Virus record (IMG/VR): IMGVR_UViG_3300020045_005319
Coordinates: 1-37,809 of that record
DNA: 37,809 bases
Strand: one strand, 5' to 3'
DNA from: a virus
Lineage: Duplodnaviria; Caudoviricetes
Positions within the stretch are counted from its first letter, which is position 1, and each line of letters opens with the position of its first letter. The position numbers were made by a program, and so were the translations under genes. The notes below the pieces were generated by a model. That model was not told the origin of the DNA and did not search any database. It was given only the letters and a program-made list of their open reading frames with translations. This document shows positions 1-8,740 of this stretch, piece by piece.

Positions 1-14
1 CAAAAACAAATGAA

Positions 15-1382
15 ATGACTGAAGAAGAAAAAGCTGCTTTAGAATTGGAAAGAAAATCCAAGGAAAACGCAACACGTTCGGCAGCCGCGACCGAAGAGCG
101 CGCGCGTATCAAAGGTATTTCGGCACACTGTAGAGCTTTAAATCTCGGTCAGGAAGTTGCGGATGCTTTAATCGAAGAGGGTGTTGACCTTGCTACGGCT
201 GGACAACGTGCCTTGGTGGAATGGGAGAAAAAACAACCTGTAAATCCAAATCCAACTGTACAGCAAGTGCAAGACGATGCGGAAAAAACACGTTCGGCAA
301 TGACTAACGCATTAGTGCTTAGAATTACGCCAAACGCTGCACAAGTTATGGGTGAAGAAAACGTAAGAGCTGCACAAGATTTCAGAGGAATGTCTTTGTT
401 AAGACTTGCTGAGGAATCTTTGGTGAGATCAGGTTTAAACGTCCGTGGTTTGTCTCCAAGAGAAATCGCCAAAGGTGCTTTAGGCGCTAAAGTTCGTGGA
501 GCGCATCACACAAGCGATTTTCCATTGTTATTGGTAGATTCGTTCACAAGAACACTGAGAGCGCAATATGCATTGTACCCACGTACGTTTGAGTCTTGGG
601 CTAGACGTTCTACTTTGCCTGATTTTAGAGAAATTACAAGAGTTCAGCTGTCTGGATTAATTGGAAATTTTGACGAGGTTCAAGAGCTTGGAGAATACAA
701 AGCTGGCACTATGTCAGAAGCCTCTGAAAAGTACAAACTTGCCAAATTTGGTAAAATCATTGGTATTTCTTGGGAAGCTATCATTAACGATGATTTGAGC
801 GCATTCACCAGAATTCCTCAAGCATTTGCGATGAAATCTGCTCAGAAACAATCTGATTTGGTTTACGCAATTTTGACTGGAAATCCAACAATGGGAGACA
901 CTGTCGCATTATGGAATGTAGCGACTCACAAAAACTACACCTCTACAGGTACAGCCTTATCAGAAACCAGTTTGGACGTTGCTTTCCAATTGTTTAGAAA
1001 TCAAAAATCAATTGAAGGAGATTTCTTGAATATCGCTCCAAAATTCTTGATTGTTGGTCCAAAAAATGAATTAGTTGCCAGAAAATTAACCTCTACTAAT
1101 TATACGCCTGCTAAGCAGTCAGACATTTCAGTAGCTGCGTTAACTGGATTGCAAGTAATTGTTGAGCCACGTATCACGGATTACGCTTGGTTCTTGGTTG
1201 CTGATCCAGCAATGATCGATACTGTTGAGTACGCTTTCTTAGATGGTGAAGAAGAACTTTTCATCGAGCAAAAAGAAGGATTTGACGTTGACGCTTTACA
1301 AATCAAAGCAAGAATGGTTTTCGGAACTAAAGCAATTGATTTCCGTGGAATGTACAAAAATGCGGGTGCTGCACCAGCATAG
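15..1382 (+). CDS. Major capsid protein (Gifsy-2/Mu gpT-like); possibly the 3' part of a protease-capsid fusion
   Basis: Motifs HTSDFPLLL, LPDFREITR, FGKIIGISWEAIINDDL, DTVEYAFLDG, DFRGMYKN. The frame is open back to base 3 (AAA ACA AAT GAA ATG), so the true start may lie outside the window. Confidence 0.9.
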   Translation: MTEEEKAALELERKSKENATRSAAATEERARIKGISAHCRALNLGQEVADALIEEGVDLATAGQRALVEWEKKQPVNPNPTVQQVQDDAEKTRSAMTNALVLRITPNAAQVMGEENVRAAQDFRGMSLLRLAEESLVRSGLNVRGLSPREIAKGALGAKVRGAHHTSDFPLLLVDSFTRTLRAQYALYPRTFESWARRSTLPDFREITRVQLSGLIGNFDEVQELGEYKAGTMSEASEKYKLAKFGKIIGISWEAIINDDLSAFTRIPQAFAMKSAQKQSDLVYAILTGNPTMGDTVALWNVATHKNYTSTGTALSETSLDVAFQLFRNQKSIEGDFLNIAPKFLIVGPKNELVARKLTSTNYTPAKQSDISVAALTGLQVIVEPRITDYAWFLVADPAMIDTVEYAFLDGEEELFIEQKEGFDVDALQIKARMVFGTKAIDFRGMYKNAGAAPA

Positions 1383-1391
1383 TAAATAATT

Positions 1392-1423
1392 AGGAGGCGG
1401 TTTAATTATCGCCTCCTTATTTT
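1392..1423 (+). terminator. Intrinsic terminator after the capsid gene
   Basis: AGGAGGCGGT-loop-ATCGCCTCCT followed by TATTTT. Confidence 0.75.
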
Positions 1424-1454
1424 AAAACAACGATTAATTTCTAAAAAATATAAA

Positions 1455-1769
1455 ATGAAAAATTACATTCAAAAAGGATGCTCGATTGAAGTTGTCGCTG
1501 GGGGCGCAGTTGCTTCTGGATCCATTGTTACCGTTGGCGCTACTGCTGGTATTTCAGCAGGTACTTACGAGACTGGAGACGTTGTAGTTGTAAATCTTGA
1601 CGGTGTTTATAACGTCGGAAAAGATGCTTCTGTGATTGCTCAAGGAGCTAAATTGTACGTTGCCGCTGGAGTTGCTACAACTACTGTTTCGACAAACGTA
1701 TTTTTAGGCTACGCTCACACGTCTGCATTGACTGGTGACACAACCGTAAACGTTCTTTTAGCACGATAA
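1455..1769 (+). CDS. Capsid decoration/cement protein (DUF2190-like)
   Basis: MKNYIQKG start, Gly/Ala/Val-rich 104 aa, directly after the capsid gene. Confidence 0.8.
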   Translation: MKNYIQKGCSIEVVAGGAVASGSIVTVGATAGISAGTYETGDVVVVNLDGVYNVGKDASVIAQGAKLYVAAGVATTTVSTNVFLGYAHTSALTGDTTVNVLLAR

Positions 1770-1770
1770 A

Positions 1771-2112
1771 ATGAATATATTTGACTCGCTTAAAAAACAG
1801 GCTTTCGACGTTGTTGTTGATACAATGGGGTACAATGCTGCTTGGATAAGCGGGTCAGATACATTTACTGCTAGAGTTGGATATAAAGACCCAAGCGAAA
1901 AACAAGAGCTTTCAGGAATAGATTCTTGGAATCCAGACGAACCATTTATGGAGTATCGAGTTGGTTTTTTTGAAAATCTAAAAACGAGAGTTGATACAGG
2001 AAATCTGGAACACGTGACAATTGAAGGCATTGGATATTTTGCAGTTGTAGAAGTGAAAACGAAATACGACGGTGAAACGTTTATAGCAAGATTGCGACAC
2101 GCAACACCATAA
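1771..2112 (+). CDS. Putative head-tail joining protein
   Basis: Size, beta-rich composition and position between decoration protein and tail terminator. Confidence 0.55.
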   Translation: MNIFDSLKKQAFDVVVDTMGYNAAWISGSDTFTARVGYKDPSEKQELSGIDSWNPDEPFMEYRVGFFENLKTRVDTGNLEHVTIEGIGYFAVVEVKTKYDGETFIARLRHATP

Positions 2113-2115
2113 CAA

Positions 2116-2628
2116 ATGAATTACGAAGACTTAGAAAACGAAATCGTGGCTAGATTATCACCGTTTATGACGGCTGGAATCACAGTTGAAAAAATTCCAG
2201 AATTGGAATCGGAACGACAAAAGCCATTGCCTACAAAAGCAAAGTTTACCGTAATTTACGCAGGTTCTGAATATGGAAGCGCATTAAGTACTGCCCAAAT
2301 TTCACAGGAAGAAAAGATTTTCATCCAAATTTTAATTGAAAGTACATTTTTACGTGGAAATTTTGGAGTTTACAATTTAGCCAGTCTTCTAAAAAAAGCA
2401 TTAACAGGTTTTCAACCTTCAGGATGCAGACGAATACAGGTTACAAAACATCACACTATAGGCGGTGAAAATGCTGAAAAAATCAATAATCAATGGAATT
2501 ACAATGTAATTTTTCAAACTACATCGCTACACGTTGAGGATTTCGAAGAGGATTTGACGCTTATTTTACAAAAAATTACTCTTGTTGATCAGCCAGACGG
2601 TGAAATCAATATAATCGAAATAATTTAA
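2116..2628 (+). CDS. Tail terminator/completion protein (Mu Gp37-like)
   Basis: ENEIVARL...VIYAGSEY...LLKKALTGFQPSGC pattern; directly precedes the sheath gene. Confidence 0.7.
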   Translation: MNYEDLENEIVARLSPFMTAGITVEKIPELESERQKPLPTKAKFTVIYAGSEYGSALSTAQISQEEKIFIQILIESTFLRGNFGVYNLASLLKKALTGFQPSGCRRIQVTKHHTIGGENAEKINNQWNYNVIFQTTSLHVEDFEEDLTLILQKITLVDQPDGEINIIEII

Positions 2629-2646
2629 TTAATTAATTAATAATAT

Positions 2647-4059
2647 ATGGCAGCTAACTATTTACATGGTGTCGAAACCATAGAGATTGACCAAGGCGCA
2701 AGACCTGTTCAGGTAGTGAAGTCTTCGGTTATTGCGCTCGTTGGGCTTGCTCCAATTGGCACAAAAAATGAGCCTATTTTGGTTTTGTCGCCAAATGACG
2801 CTGCTCAGTTCGGGCAACAATTGCCAGGATTTACAATTCCACAAGCTTTGGATGCTATTTTTAAACAAGGGCCCGCAACGGTAATTGTTGTAAATACGTT
2901 CGATTCTGTAACAAATACCGAGCAAATCACACTTGAATCACATACAATTGTAGGTGGTAAGTTGAAATTGTCCGCCGCTCCAATTGGAGCTGTAACGGTA
3001 TTTTTGACTGACGGTACAACTCCATTTACAGGTGTAGAAGGGACAGATTATTCGATTGATGCTTTCGGAAATTTTACAGCTTTATCTGCTGTAGCTGCTG
3101 AAGACTTAGTATTGAAATTCACGTTCAAAATATTGGATTCTGGAACCGTTACTTCGGCTCAAATCATCGGAACAAATACATCTGGTGTCCGCACAGGTTC
3201 AAAATGTTTGGAATTGGTATTTAATACTTTTGGATTCACTCCGAAAATATTGATTGCGCCAGTTTACATTGAATTGGTTGCCGTTGCAACCGAGTGGATT
3301 GCATTAGCCGAAAAGTACCGCGCTATTGCATTGATTGATGCTCCTGTAACAACTACAGTATCTCAAGCGATTGCGGGACGTGGACCAGCGAGTACAATTA
3401 ATTTCAAAACATCAAGTTACAGAGCATACTTGTTATGCCCTCACTTGAAAGTTTACGATGCCGATTCAGATTCAAATATCAATGCTCCATACAGTCAATT
3501 TATGGCAGGTGTGATGGCAAACGTAGATTTGAACGAAGGATATTGGGTATCGCCTTCAAATCATGCTATTCAAGGAATAGTAGGGACTGAATATGTCGTA
3601 ACCGCTTCGGTTAATGACGCTTCTACAGAGGCTAATTTACTTAACGAAAAAGGAATCACAACTACATTCACTGGTTATGGAACCGGAACACGTACATGGG
3701 GTAACCGTTCAGCAGCGTTTCCAACTAACACAGACCCTAAAAACTTTATCCCGATTCGTAGAATTGCTGATATTGTTCATGAATCATTAGAGCAAGCTAT
3801 GTTGCCATTTATTGACAAACCAATAAATCAAGCGACAATAGATGCGATTAGAGATACTGGAAACGGTTTTTTCAGGACTTTAATTGGTCGTGGAGCTGTT
3901 TTATCAGGTTCGAAATGCACTTATTCTGCTGATAACACAGCAGAGGAATTGGCACTTGGTCATGTTGTTTTTGACTTGACATTTATGGGACCAGCTCCAG
4001 CGGAAAGAATCACATTCAAATCGTATTTGGATATTAATTTATTAACTCAAATAGTCTAA
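2647..4059 (+). CDS. Contractile tail sheath protein (P2 FI-like)
   Basis: ANYLHGVETIE start; GYWVSPSN, EANLLNEKGITT, TWGNRS, PAERITF motifs. Confidence 0.96.
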   Translation: MAANYLHGVETIEIDQGARPVQVVKSSVIALVGLAPIGTKNEPILVLSPNDAAQFGQQLPGFTIPQALDAIFKQGPATVIVVNTFDSVTNTEQITLESHTIVGGKLKLSAAPIGAVTVFLTDGTTPFTGVEGTDYSIDAFGNFTALSAVAAEDLVLKFTFKILDSGTVTSAQIIGTNTSGVRTGSKCLELVFNTFGFTPKILIAPVYIELVAVATEWIALAEKYRAIALIDAPVTTTVSQAIAGRGPASTINFKTSSYRAYLLCPHLKVYDADSDSNINAPYSQFMAGVMANVDLNEGYWVSPSNHAIQGIVGTEYVVTASVNDASTEANLLNEKGITTTFTGYGTGTRTWGNRSAAFPTNTDPKNFIPIRRIADIVHESLEQAMLPFIDKPINQATIDAIRDTGNGFFRTLIGRGAVLSGSKCTYSADNTAEELALGHVVFDLTFMGPAPAERITFKSYLDINLLTQIV

Positions 4060-4062
4060 CAA

Positions 4063-4584
4063 ATGCCACAAATACAAGTAAATAGACTGACCAACGCCAA
4101 CGTTTACGTTGATGGTCAGTCGCAGCTTGGAAAAGCTGAAGAGGTGAATTTACCAGATATTACATTTATGCTTTCCGAGCATAAGGCACTTGGTATGATT
4201 GGTAAATTTGAATTGTTTTCTGGAATTGATAAATTGGAGGCAACAATAAAATGGAATGCATTTTACGCAGACGTTTTGAAAAAGTTTGCTGATCCACGAA
4301 AAGCAATGAAATTGCAAATTCGTAGTTCCTTGGAAACTCATGATTCTAACGGGTTGGTTGCTGAAGTTCCGTGTGTAGCATATTTGACAGTACAGGCAAA
4401 AAACTTCCCTGCTGGAAATTACAAGCAACACGACAACGTTGAGGCAACTAGCAAATTGACGTGTACGGCCTACAAGCTTGAAATAGATGGTAAAGAGGTT
4501 ATCGATTACGATGCTTTGGCGAACATTTATTCAGTTGACGGAATAGATATATTCGCTACTTATAGAGCGAACATAGGAGGTTAG
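4063..4584 (+). CDS. Major tail tube protein (P2 FII-like)
   Basis: NANVYVDG..LGKAEEVNLPDI...YKLEIDGKE..IYSVDGID; follows the sheath gene. Confidence 0.93.
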   Translation: MPQIQVNRLTNANVYVDGQSQLGKAEEVNLPDITFMLSEHKALGMIGKFELFSGIDKLEATIKWNAFYADVLKKFADPRKAMKLQIRSSLETHDSNGLVAEVPCVAYLTVQAKNFPAGNYKQHDNVEATSKLTCTAYKLEIDGKEVIDYDALANIYSVDGIDIFATYRANIGG

Positions 4585-4606
4585 TTAATTTAAAAGAAAG
4601 GAGATT

Positions 4607-4637
4607 AAAATCGATGCAGAAATGTATCGATTTTTTT
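4607..4637 (+). terminator. Intrinsic terminator after the tail tube gene
   Basis: AAAATCGATGCA-GAAA-TGTATCGATTTTTTT. Confidence 0.85.
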
Positions 4638-4667
4638 GTTTTAATTAAAAATAAACATTATGTTTGC
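4637..4667 (+). promoter_or_regulatory. Bacteroidota-type promoter with TAAACATTA box (copy A)
   Basis: TATGTTTG -7 element at 4659-4666, overlapped by TAAACATTA at 4652-4660. Confidence 0.7.
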
Positions 4668-4670
4668 AAA

Positions 4671-4748
4671 CGTAAATCGCTAGTAGGTAGCAATTAGATT
4701 TGGGGAAATCTTAAAAACCGATATATTTTATGTATATCGGTTTTTTTT
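4671..4748 (+). ncRNA. Candidate small RNA (~78 nt, three hairpins)
   Basis: Lies between promoter A and terminator AAAACCGATATA..TATATCGGTTTTTTTT; hairpins AATCGCTA/TAGCAATT and AGATTT-GGGG-AAATCT; no ORF. Confidence 0.5.
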
Positions 4749-4778
4749 ATTATATTTACGTTTTAAAACTTATCACAC

Positions 4779-5078
4779 ATGGAAAACAAAAAAACAGCAA
4801 AGTCAGTTAACCCGAATGCGGTTAGCTCAGAAGAAAGAAACATTTATCAAGAATTCGATTTACCAAGCGGTAAAAAATGCGTAATAAAACGTTTCAAAGG
4901 AAAACACGTTCAACAGGCGCAACGATTAATGAATTCAGACGGTTCAGATATGGCAGAATGTTTAGCTTCAATACTTGTTGAGATTGACGGAAAGCAGGTT
5001 TTTAAGGATGAATTTGAAGAAATGGACGGTGTGGATTATTTAAAGATAATGACCCCGATTAACCAGCTTTTTGTGTAA
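4779..5078 (+). CDS. Tail assembly chaperone (P2 gpE/Mu gp41-like)
   Basis: Position between tube and tape measure; FEEMDGVDYLKI motif; ends in slippery CTT TTT GTG TAA. Confidence 0.85.
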   Translation: MENKKTAKSVNPNAVSSEERNIYQEFDLPSGKKCVIKRFKGKHVQQAQRLMNSDGSDMAECLASILVEIDGKQVFKDEFEEMDGVDYLKIMTPINQLFV

Positions 5079-5221
5079 CGCCAGAACAATTAATTTTTCT
5101 GGCACATTTTTCAAACACATCGTTAAACATTTTATTTGAAATGGACGGAAACGATGTTCATTATTGGTTTGTTGAAGCGTTGAAATTACACGAAAAAATG
5201 AATCCGCCTTCAGAAACATAA
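5072..5221 (+). CDS. -1 frameshift extension of the tail chaperone (gpE+E'-like), 49 aa CVTPEQLIFLAHFSNTSLNILFEMDGNDVHYWFVEALKLHEKMNPPSET
   Basis: The -1 frame is open from the CTTTTTG site (5067-5073) to TAA 5219-5221; E'-like M...W...A pattern; missing from the ORF track. Confidence 0.8.
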   Translation, partial: CVTPEQLIFLAHFSNTSLNILFEMDGNDVHYWFVEALKLHEKMNPPSET

Positions 5222-5251
5222 AACCGCACCGATAACGGTTGCGGTTTTTTT
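5220..5251 (+). terminator. Terminator-like hairpin before the tape measure gene
   Basis: AAAACCGCACCG-ATAA-CGGTTGCGGTTTTTTT. Confidence 0.75.
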
Positions 5252-5264
5252 ATATAAATTAATT

Positions 5265-6944
5265 ATGGCAAAAAAAACATTTGAAGTTGCATTACTCTTA
5301 ACAGCCAAGGATGAAGCGACACGAATTATCGCTGCCGCTGCTGCTAGACAACGCCAAATTATGGCAATGTCGGAGCGTGGAGATAGAGCTTTTGCAACAG
5401 GCAGAACAGCAGGCGCAATCGGGTTAAGTATCGGGGCTGCTTTGGCTTTACCATTGAAGGCAGCTGCTGACATGGAAAGTATGAACATCGCTTTGCAAAC
5501 TTCATTCCAAGGAAACCAAAAAGAAGCGAAAGCTGCATTCGATGCAATAAACAAATTTGCTGCAAAAACTCCTTACGGTTTAGAGGAAGTAATGACTGGG
5601 TTCATTAAATTGAAAAATATGGGCCTTGACCCATCCGAACAAGCTTTGACCGCATATGGTAACACGGCTTCGGCAATGGGTAAATCATTGAATGATATGG
5701 TTGAAGCGGTTGCTGATGCTGCAACAGGGGAATTTGAACGTTTGAAAGAGTTTGGTATAAAAGCTAAATCAGAAGGTGAAAACGTAACCTTCATGTTCCA
5801 AGGCGTAAAAACTACTGTTGGCAAAAATTCCAAAGAAATAGAACAGTACTTGAAATACATTGGAAATGTAAAATTTGCAGGAGGTATTGAGGCACAATCT
5901 AAATCTGTTAAGGGTATGATGTCTACTTTGAAAGACGGTGTTATAATGACTGCTTCAAAGATCGGAACTACACTTTTACCAAGGCTAAAAGAATTGATAA
6001 ATCAGGTTACGCCTGTGATTGATAGAATATCTGCATGGGTAAGTAGAAATCCAAGATTAACTGAAGGCATTTTAAAAGCTGCTGCTGGAGCCATGGCTTT
6101 GAGTTTAGCTGTATCGGCAGCTTCTTTTGCATTTGGAGGTATTTTTAAAGTGATTTCGGCAGGAATGGCAGTTATGAATACCTACAAAACAATTATGATT
6201 ACCGTGACAGCAGTACAGAACGCTATGGCATTTTCTGCTTTAGCAGGGGGTTCGGCAATGCAAATATTAACAGCTGCATTGAGTGCTGCTAACTTGGCAT
6301 TTTTGACTTCCCCGATATTTTGGATAGTTGCTGCTATTGCTGTTGCCGCATTCTTGATTATAAAATATTGGGACCCGATTAAGAAGTTTTTTGCTAATTT
6401 ATGGACTAATATAAAAGCTATTTTCTGGAAAGCAATAGATTTTGTAAAAGAATGGGGTTTATTGTTTCTTGGTCCAATTGGATGGGTTATAAAAGCGTGG
6501 CAAATGGTTCCTGATAAATTTAAAAATATTGGAGCCGATATAATAAACGGTCTTTGGAATGGAATAAAAGATAAAGCAGCCGCATTATTTGATTTTGTGA
6601 AAGGAATCGGTAAAGGCATTGCAACGGCTTTCAAAACAGTCCTTGGAATCGCATCACCTTCAAAAGTATTTATGGATTACGGGGTAAATATAACCGAAGG
6701 AGCTCACAACGGAATCAAGAAAGGGCAGGATAAAGTCGTGGGAGCTTCCCGAAATATGGGGGGTGCTATTAAACCAACTGCAAGCCGTGGCGGTGGAGGT
6801 GGTAATTCATCGGTTTCAGTTACGTTTGCGCCTGTAATTAATGGCGGTTCTGGTGATGTAGCAGGACAAGTAAAAGCGTTGATTCCTGAATTGATTAGAC
6901 AAATTGAGGCTCAGATGCAAAGAAAAGCAAGATTAGCTTATTAA
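5265..6944 (+). CDS. Tail tape measure protein
   Basis: FAAKTPYGLEEV, AVADAATGEFERLKEFGI, periodic Trp/Phe amphipathic repeats, LGIASPSKVF. Confidence 0.95.
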   Translation: MAKKTFEVALLLTAKDEATRIIAAAAARQRQIMAMSERGDRAFATGRTAGAIGLSIGAALALPLKAAADMESMNIALQTSFQGNQKEAKAAFDAINKFAAKTPYGLEEVMTGFIKLKNMGLDPSEQALTAYGNTASAMGKSLNDMVEAVADAATGEFERLKEFGIKAKSEGENVTFMFQGVKTTVGKNSKEIEQYLKYIGNVKFAGGIEAQSKSVKGMMSTLKDGVIMTASKIGTTLLPRLKELINQVTPVIDRISAWVSRNPRLTEGILKAAAGAMALSLAVSAASFAFGGIFKVISAGMAVMNTYKTIMITVTAVQNAMAFSALAGGSAMQILTAALSAANLAFLTSPIFWIVAAIAVAAFLIIKYWDPIKKFFANLWTNIKAIFWKAIDFVKEWGLLFLGPIGWVIKAWQMVPDKFKNIGADIINGLWNGIKDKAAALFDFVKGIGKGIATAFKTVLGIASPSKVFMDYGVNITEGAHNGIKKGQDKVVGASRNMGGAIKPTASRGGGGGNSSVSVTFAPVINGGSGDVAGQVKALIPELIRQIEAQMQRKARLAY

Positions 6945-6948
6945 AATT

Positions 6949-6978
6949 TGTTTAATTAAAAATAAACACTATATTTGC
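6949..6978 (+). promoter_or_regulatory. Bacteroidota-type promoter with TAAACACTA box (copy B)
   Basis: TGTTTAATTAAAAATAAACAC followed by TATATTTG at 6970-6977. Confidence 0.75.
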
Positions 6979-6981
6979 GTA

Positions 6982-7222
6982 TAATTAATGTGAAAGATTG
7001 ACCCACACGTAAACAGGCGTATTGAAAATACGTAACTTGCACAGGACGGTTATAGCACTGTGTGGCATTAATTAAATAAAAAAAAAGAACTCGATAAATA
7101 GAGAGCAACCGTAAAGACGCTGTAGTTTAGTGAACATGGAAGGCTTAGATATTCGAGTACCATTCTCATGTAAGACTAAATTCTTTTTGTAAAACCGTGT
7201 TGTATATAGCACGGTTTTTTTT
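6982..7222 (+). ncRNA. Candidate structured ncRNA (~240 nt, two domains plus terminator)
   Basis: Starts at the predicted +1 of promoter B; stems 6982-6990/7066-7074, 7003-7008/7060-7065, 7017-7023/7027-7033, 7082-7089/7181-7188, 7126-7131/7175-7180, 7134-7138/7167-7171; terminator 7191-7222. Confidence 0.6.
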
Positions 7223-7246
7223 ATTATATTTACAAAAATAATTTTT

Positions 7247-7366
7247 ATGAAAAAATTAATTATATCGGTATTTTTTCAAGTAGGCGTGAATGTAATCGGG
7301 ATTCCTGAAATAATCAAACATGACTTATCGAAAACGGTTATTCATAAATCAATTTTTCACACATAA
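7247..7366 (+). CDS. Small hypothetical protein, 39 aa (MKKLIISVFFQVGVNVIGIPEIIKHDLSKTVIHKSIFHT)
   Basis: AT-rich leader; stop overlaps the next start (TAATG); missing from the ORF track. Confidence 0.5.
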   Translation: MKKLIISVFFQVGVNVIGIPEIIKHDLSKTVIHKSIFHT

Positions 7367-8223
7367 TGTACGCCCAATTAGGAAATATACGTTTCGAAGG
7401 ATTGAAAGGCTTTTCAAATTTCTCGCATGAGCGTGGTGTAAACTACGCCCAACACGACTTAATAAACGGAAAGCCTCGCTTGCAGTCCGTTGGCGACAAC
7501 TTAGATAGTATTTCATTTGGAATGTATTTACATTCTGAATTTACCAATCCTGAAGCTGACATTGAAACATTACGTCTTGCAATGCAGAATCGTGAAGTTT
7601 TGCCTTTGCTTCTCGGAAATGGTCGTATTTTAGGGTTTTTTGTGATTCCTAGTTTTTCGCAATCCAATTCGTTCACTGATCCGTTGGGAAATTTGATTGA
7701 AGTAACTTTAAATATTGAATTACTGGAAAGTTTTTCAGATGACCCTTTGAGAGAAGCGGAATTACAGGCTATAAATTTAGCCTTTGCAACTTCACAAAGA
7801 AATTCAAATGTGCGTTCGGTTTTGCCTCCAAAGTTGTCACAGGGAATGACTATAAGTACCGAGATTTCAAATATTCAAACATCGGCAACGGTAACGAATA
7901 TTTACACAGCAAATATAGCCGCAGTTCCGGGCCGTTCAGAATATTGGAGCGGAAAAATAAGTAAATCACTTACTGATATTGAAAAAAGTTTAACAACGGT
8001 TCAATCTACGCTGTCAGATGCTTCACAGTTGCAAGATTTAGCCGAAGATATGCCAGTAGCTTTGAATGATGTTTATGTGCGAGTTCAGAACATGAAAGCG
8101 GTTTTACCTGTTACAGACATTGAAGGTTTTAAAATTTTAAACCAACAATTAAACGGTTCGGTTGTAAATTTGAATTCAACAAACTTAGATATTTCCAATA
8201 ACTCTATAATCCGTAGAATATAA
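7366..8223 (+). CDS. Tail tube initiator (P2 gpU-like) with C-terminal extension
   Basis: MYAQLGNIRF...YAQHDLINGKPRLQSVGDNLDSI...PLLLGNGRILGFFVI. Confidence 0.88.
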   Translation: MYAQLGNIRFEGLKGFSNFSHERGVNYAQHDLINGKPRLQSVGDNLDSISFGMYLHSEFTNPEADIETLRLAMQNREVLPLLLGNGRILGFFVIPSFSQSNSFTDPLGNLIEVTLNIELLESFSDDPLREAELQAINLAFATSQRNSNVRSVLPPKLSQGMTISTEISNIQTSATVTNIYTANIAAVPGRSEYWSGKISKSLTDIEKSLTTVQSTLSDASQLQDLAEDMPVALNDVYVRVQNMKAVLPVTDIEGFKILNQQLNGSVVNLNSTNLDISNNSIIRRI

Positions 8224-8444
8224 TGGCTAATTTTGTAGAATACGTAGCAAATCAAGGAGATAGATGGGACACGATAGCGTTTAAGGCTTATGGTGATGCA
8301 ACACTTATAAATGGATTAATTGAGGCAAACCCAACTATTGTTATTTCGCCTATTTTTGAAATCGGGACACGTGTAATCGTGCCAATTTTAGAGCAAGGAG
8401 ATATACAGATTGATAGCGAATTATTACCACCTTGGAAACGATAA
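8223..8444 (+). CDS. Tail protein X (LysM-like)
   Basis: QGDRWDTIAFKAYGD...LIEANP...LPPWKR. Confidence 0.92.
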   Translation: MANFVEYVANQGDRWDTIAFKAYGDATLINGLIEANPTIVISPIFEIGTRVIVPILEQGDIQIDSELLPPWKR

Positions 8445-8455
8445 AAATTTAAATT

Positions 8456-8740
8456 ATGTATAAATACATCATCACTTGGATTGTAGTTTCAATACAATCA
8501 GCTCCTTGCCCTGATGCAAACAAAGTGTCGGAATTTGGAACACAAAACAGATCAATGATTTCTTGTGCTGTTTATCATGCTCAGACGGTTAAAGAAAACA
8601 AGGAACGTGTTTTTTACTCAAAAGATAGCGTAAACATTTTTATGAAAAATATAAGAAATTACAAACCAACTGGTTTTAATTTTACCATGGAGGATAAAAT
8701 AGAATATATAAAATTAGATAGTTTATTATTGAAAAAATGA
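8456..8740 (+). CDS. Hypothetical protein inserted between gpX and gpD
   Basis: 94-aa ORF coupled to gpD by ATGA overlap; no recognised motif. Confidence 0.6.
   Translation: MYKYIITWIVVSIQSAPCPDANKVSEFGTQNRSMISCAVYHAQTVKENKERVFYSKDSVNIFMKNIRNYKPTGFNFTMEDKIEYIKLDSLLLKK

Noticed and set aside
5265-6944. Short tape measure (559 aa) as a possible truncation
   Set aside because: It has an intact typical C-terminus (VTFAPVING...RLAY); this only implies a fairly short tail
7126-7180. AACATGG..GGCTTA...CATGT looked superficially like a hatchet ribozyme; TAAATAG near 7095 like part of a pistol ribozyme
   Set aside because: The other core elements and stems were not found and no hammerhead CUGANGA core is present; kept only as an unassigned RNA pending cmscan
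7136-7192. 18-codon ORF MEGLDIRVPFSCKTKFFL inside the candidate ncRNA
   Set aside because: Start codon is buried in a predicted stem and lacks the A-rich leader of the real genes
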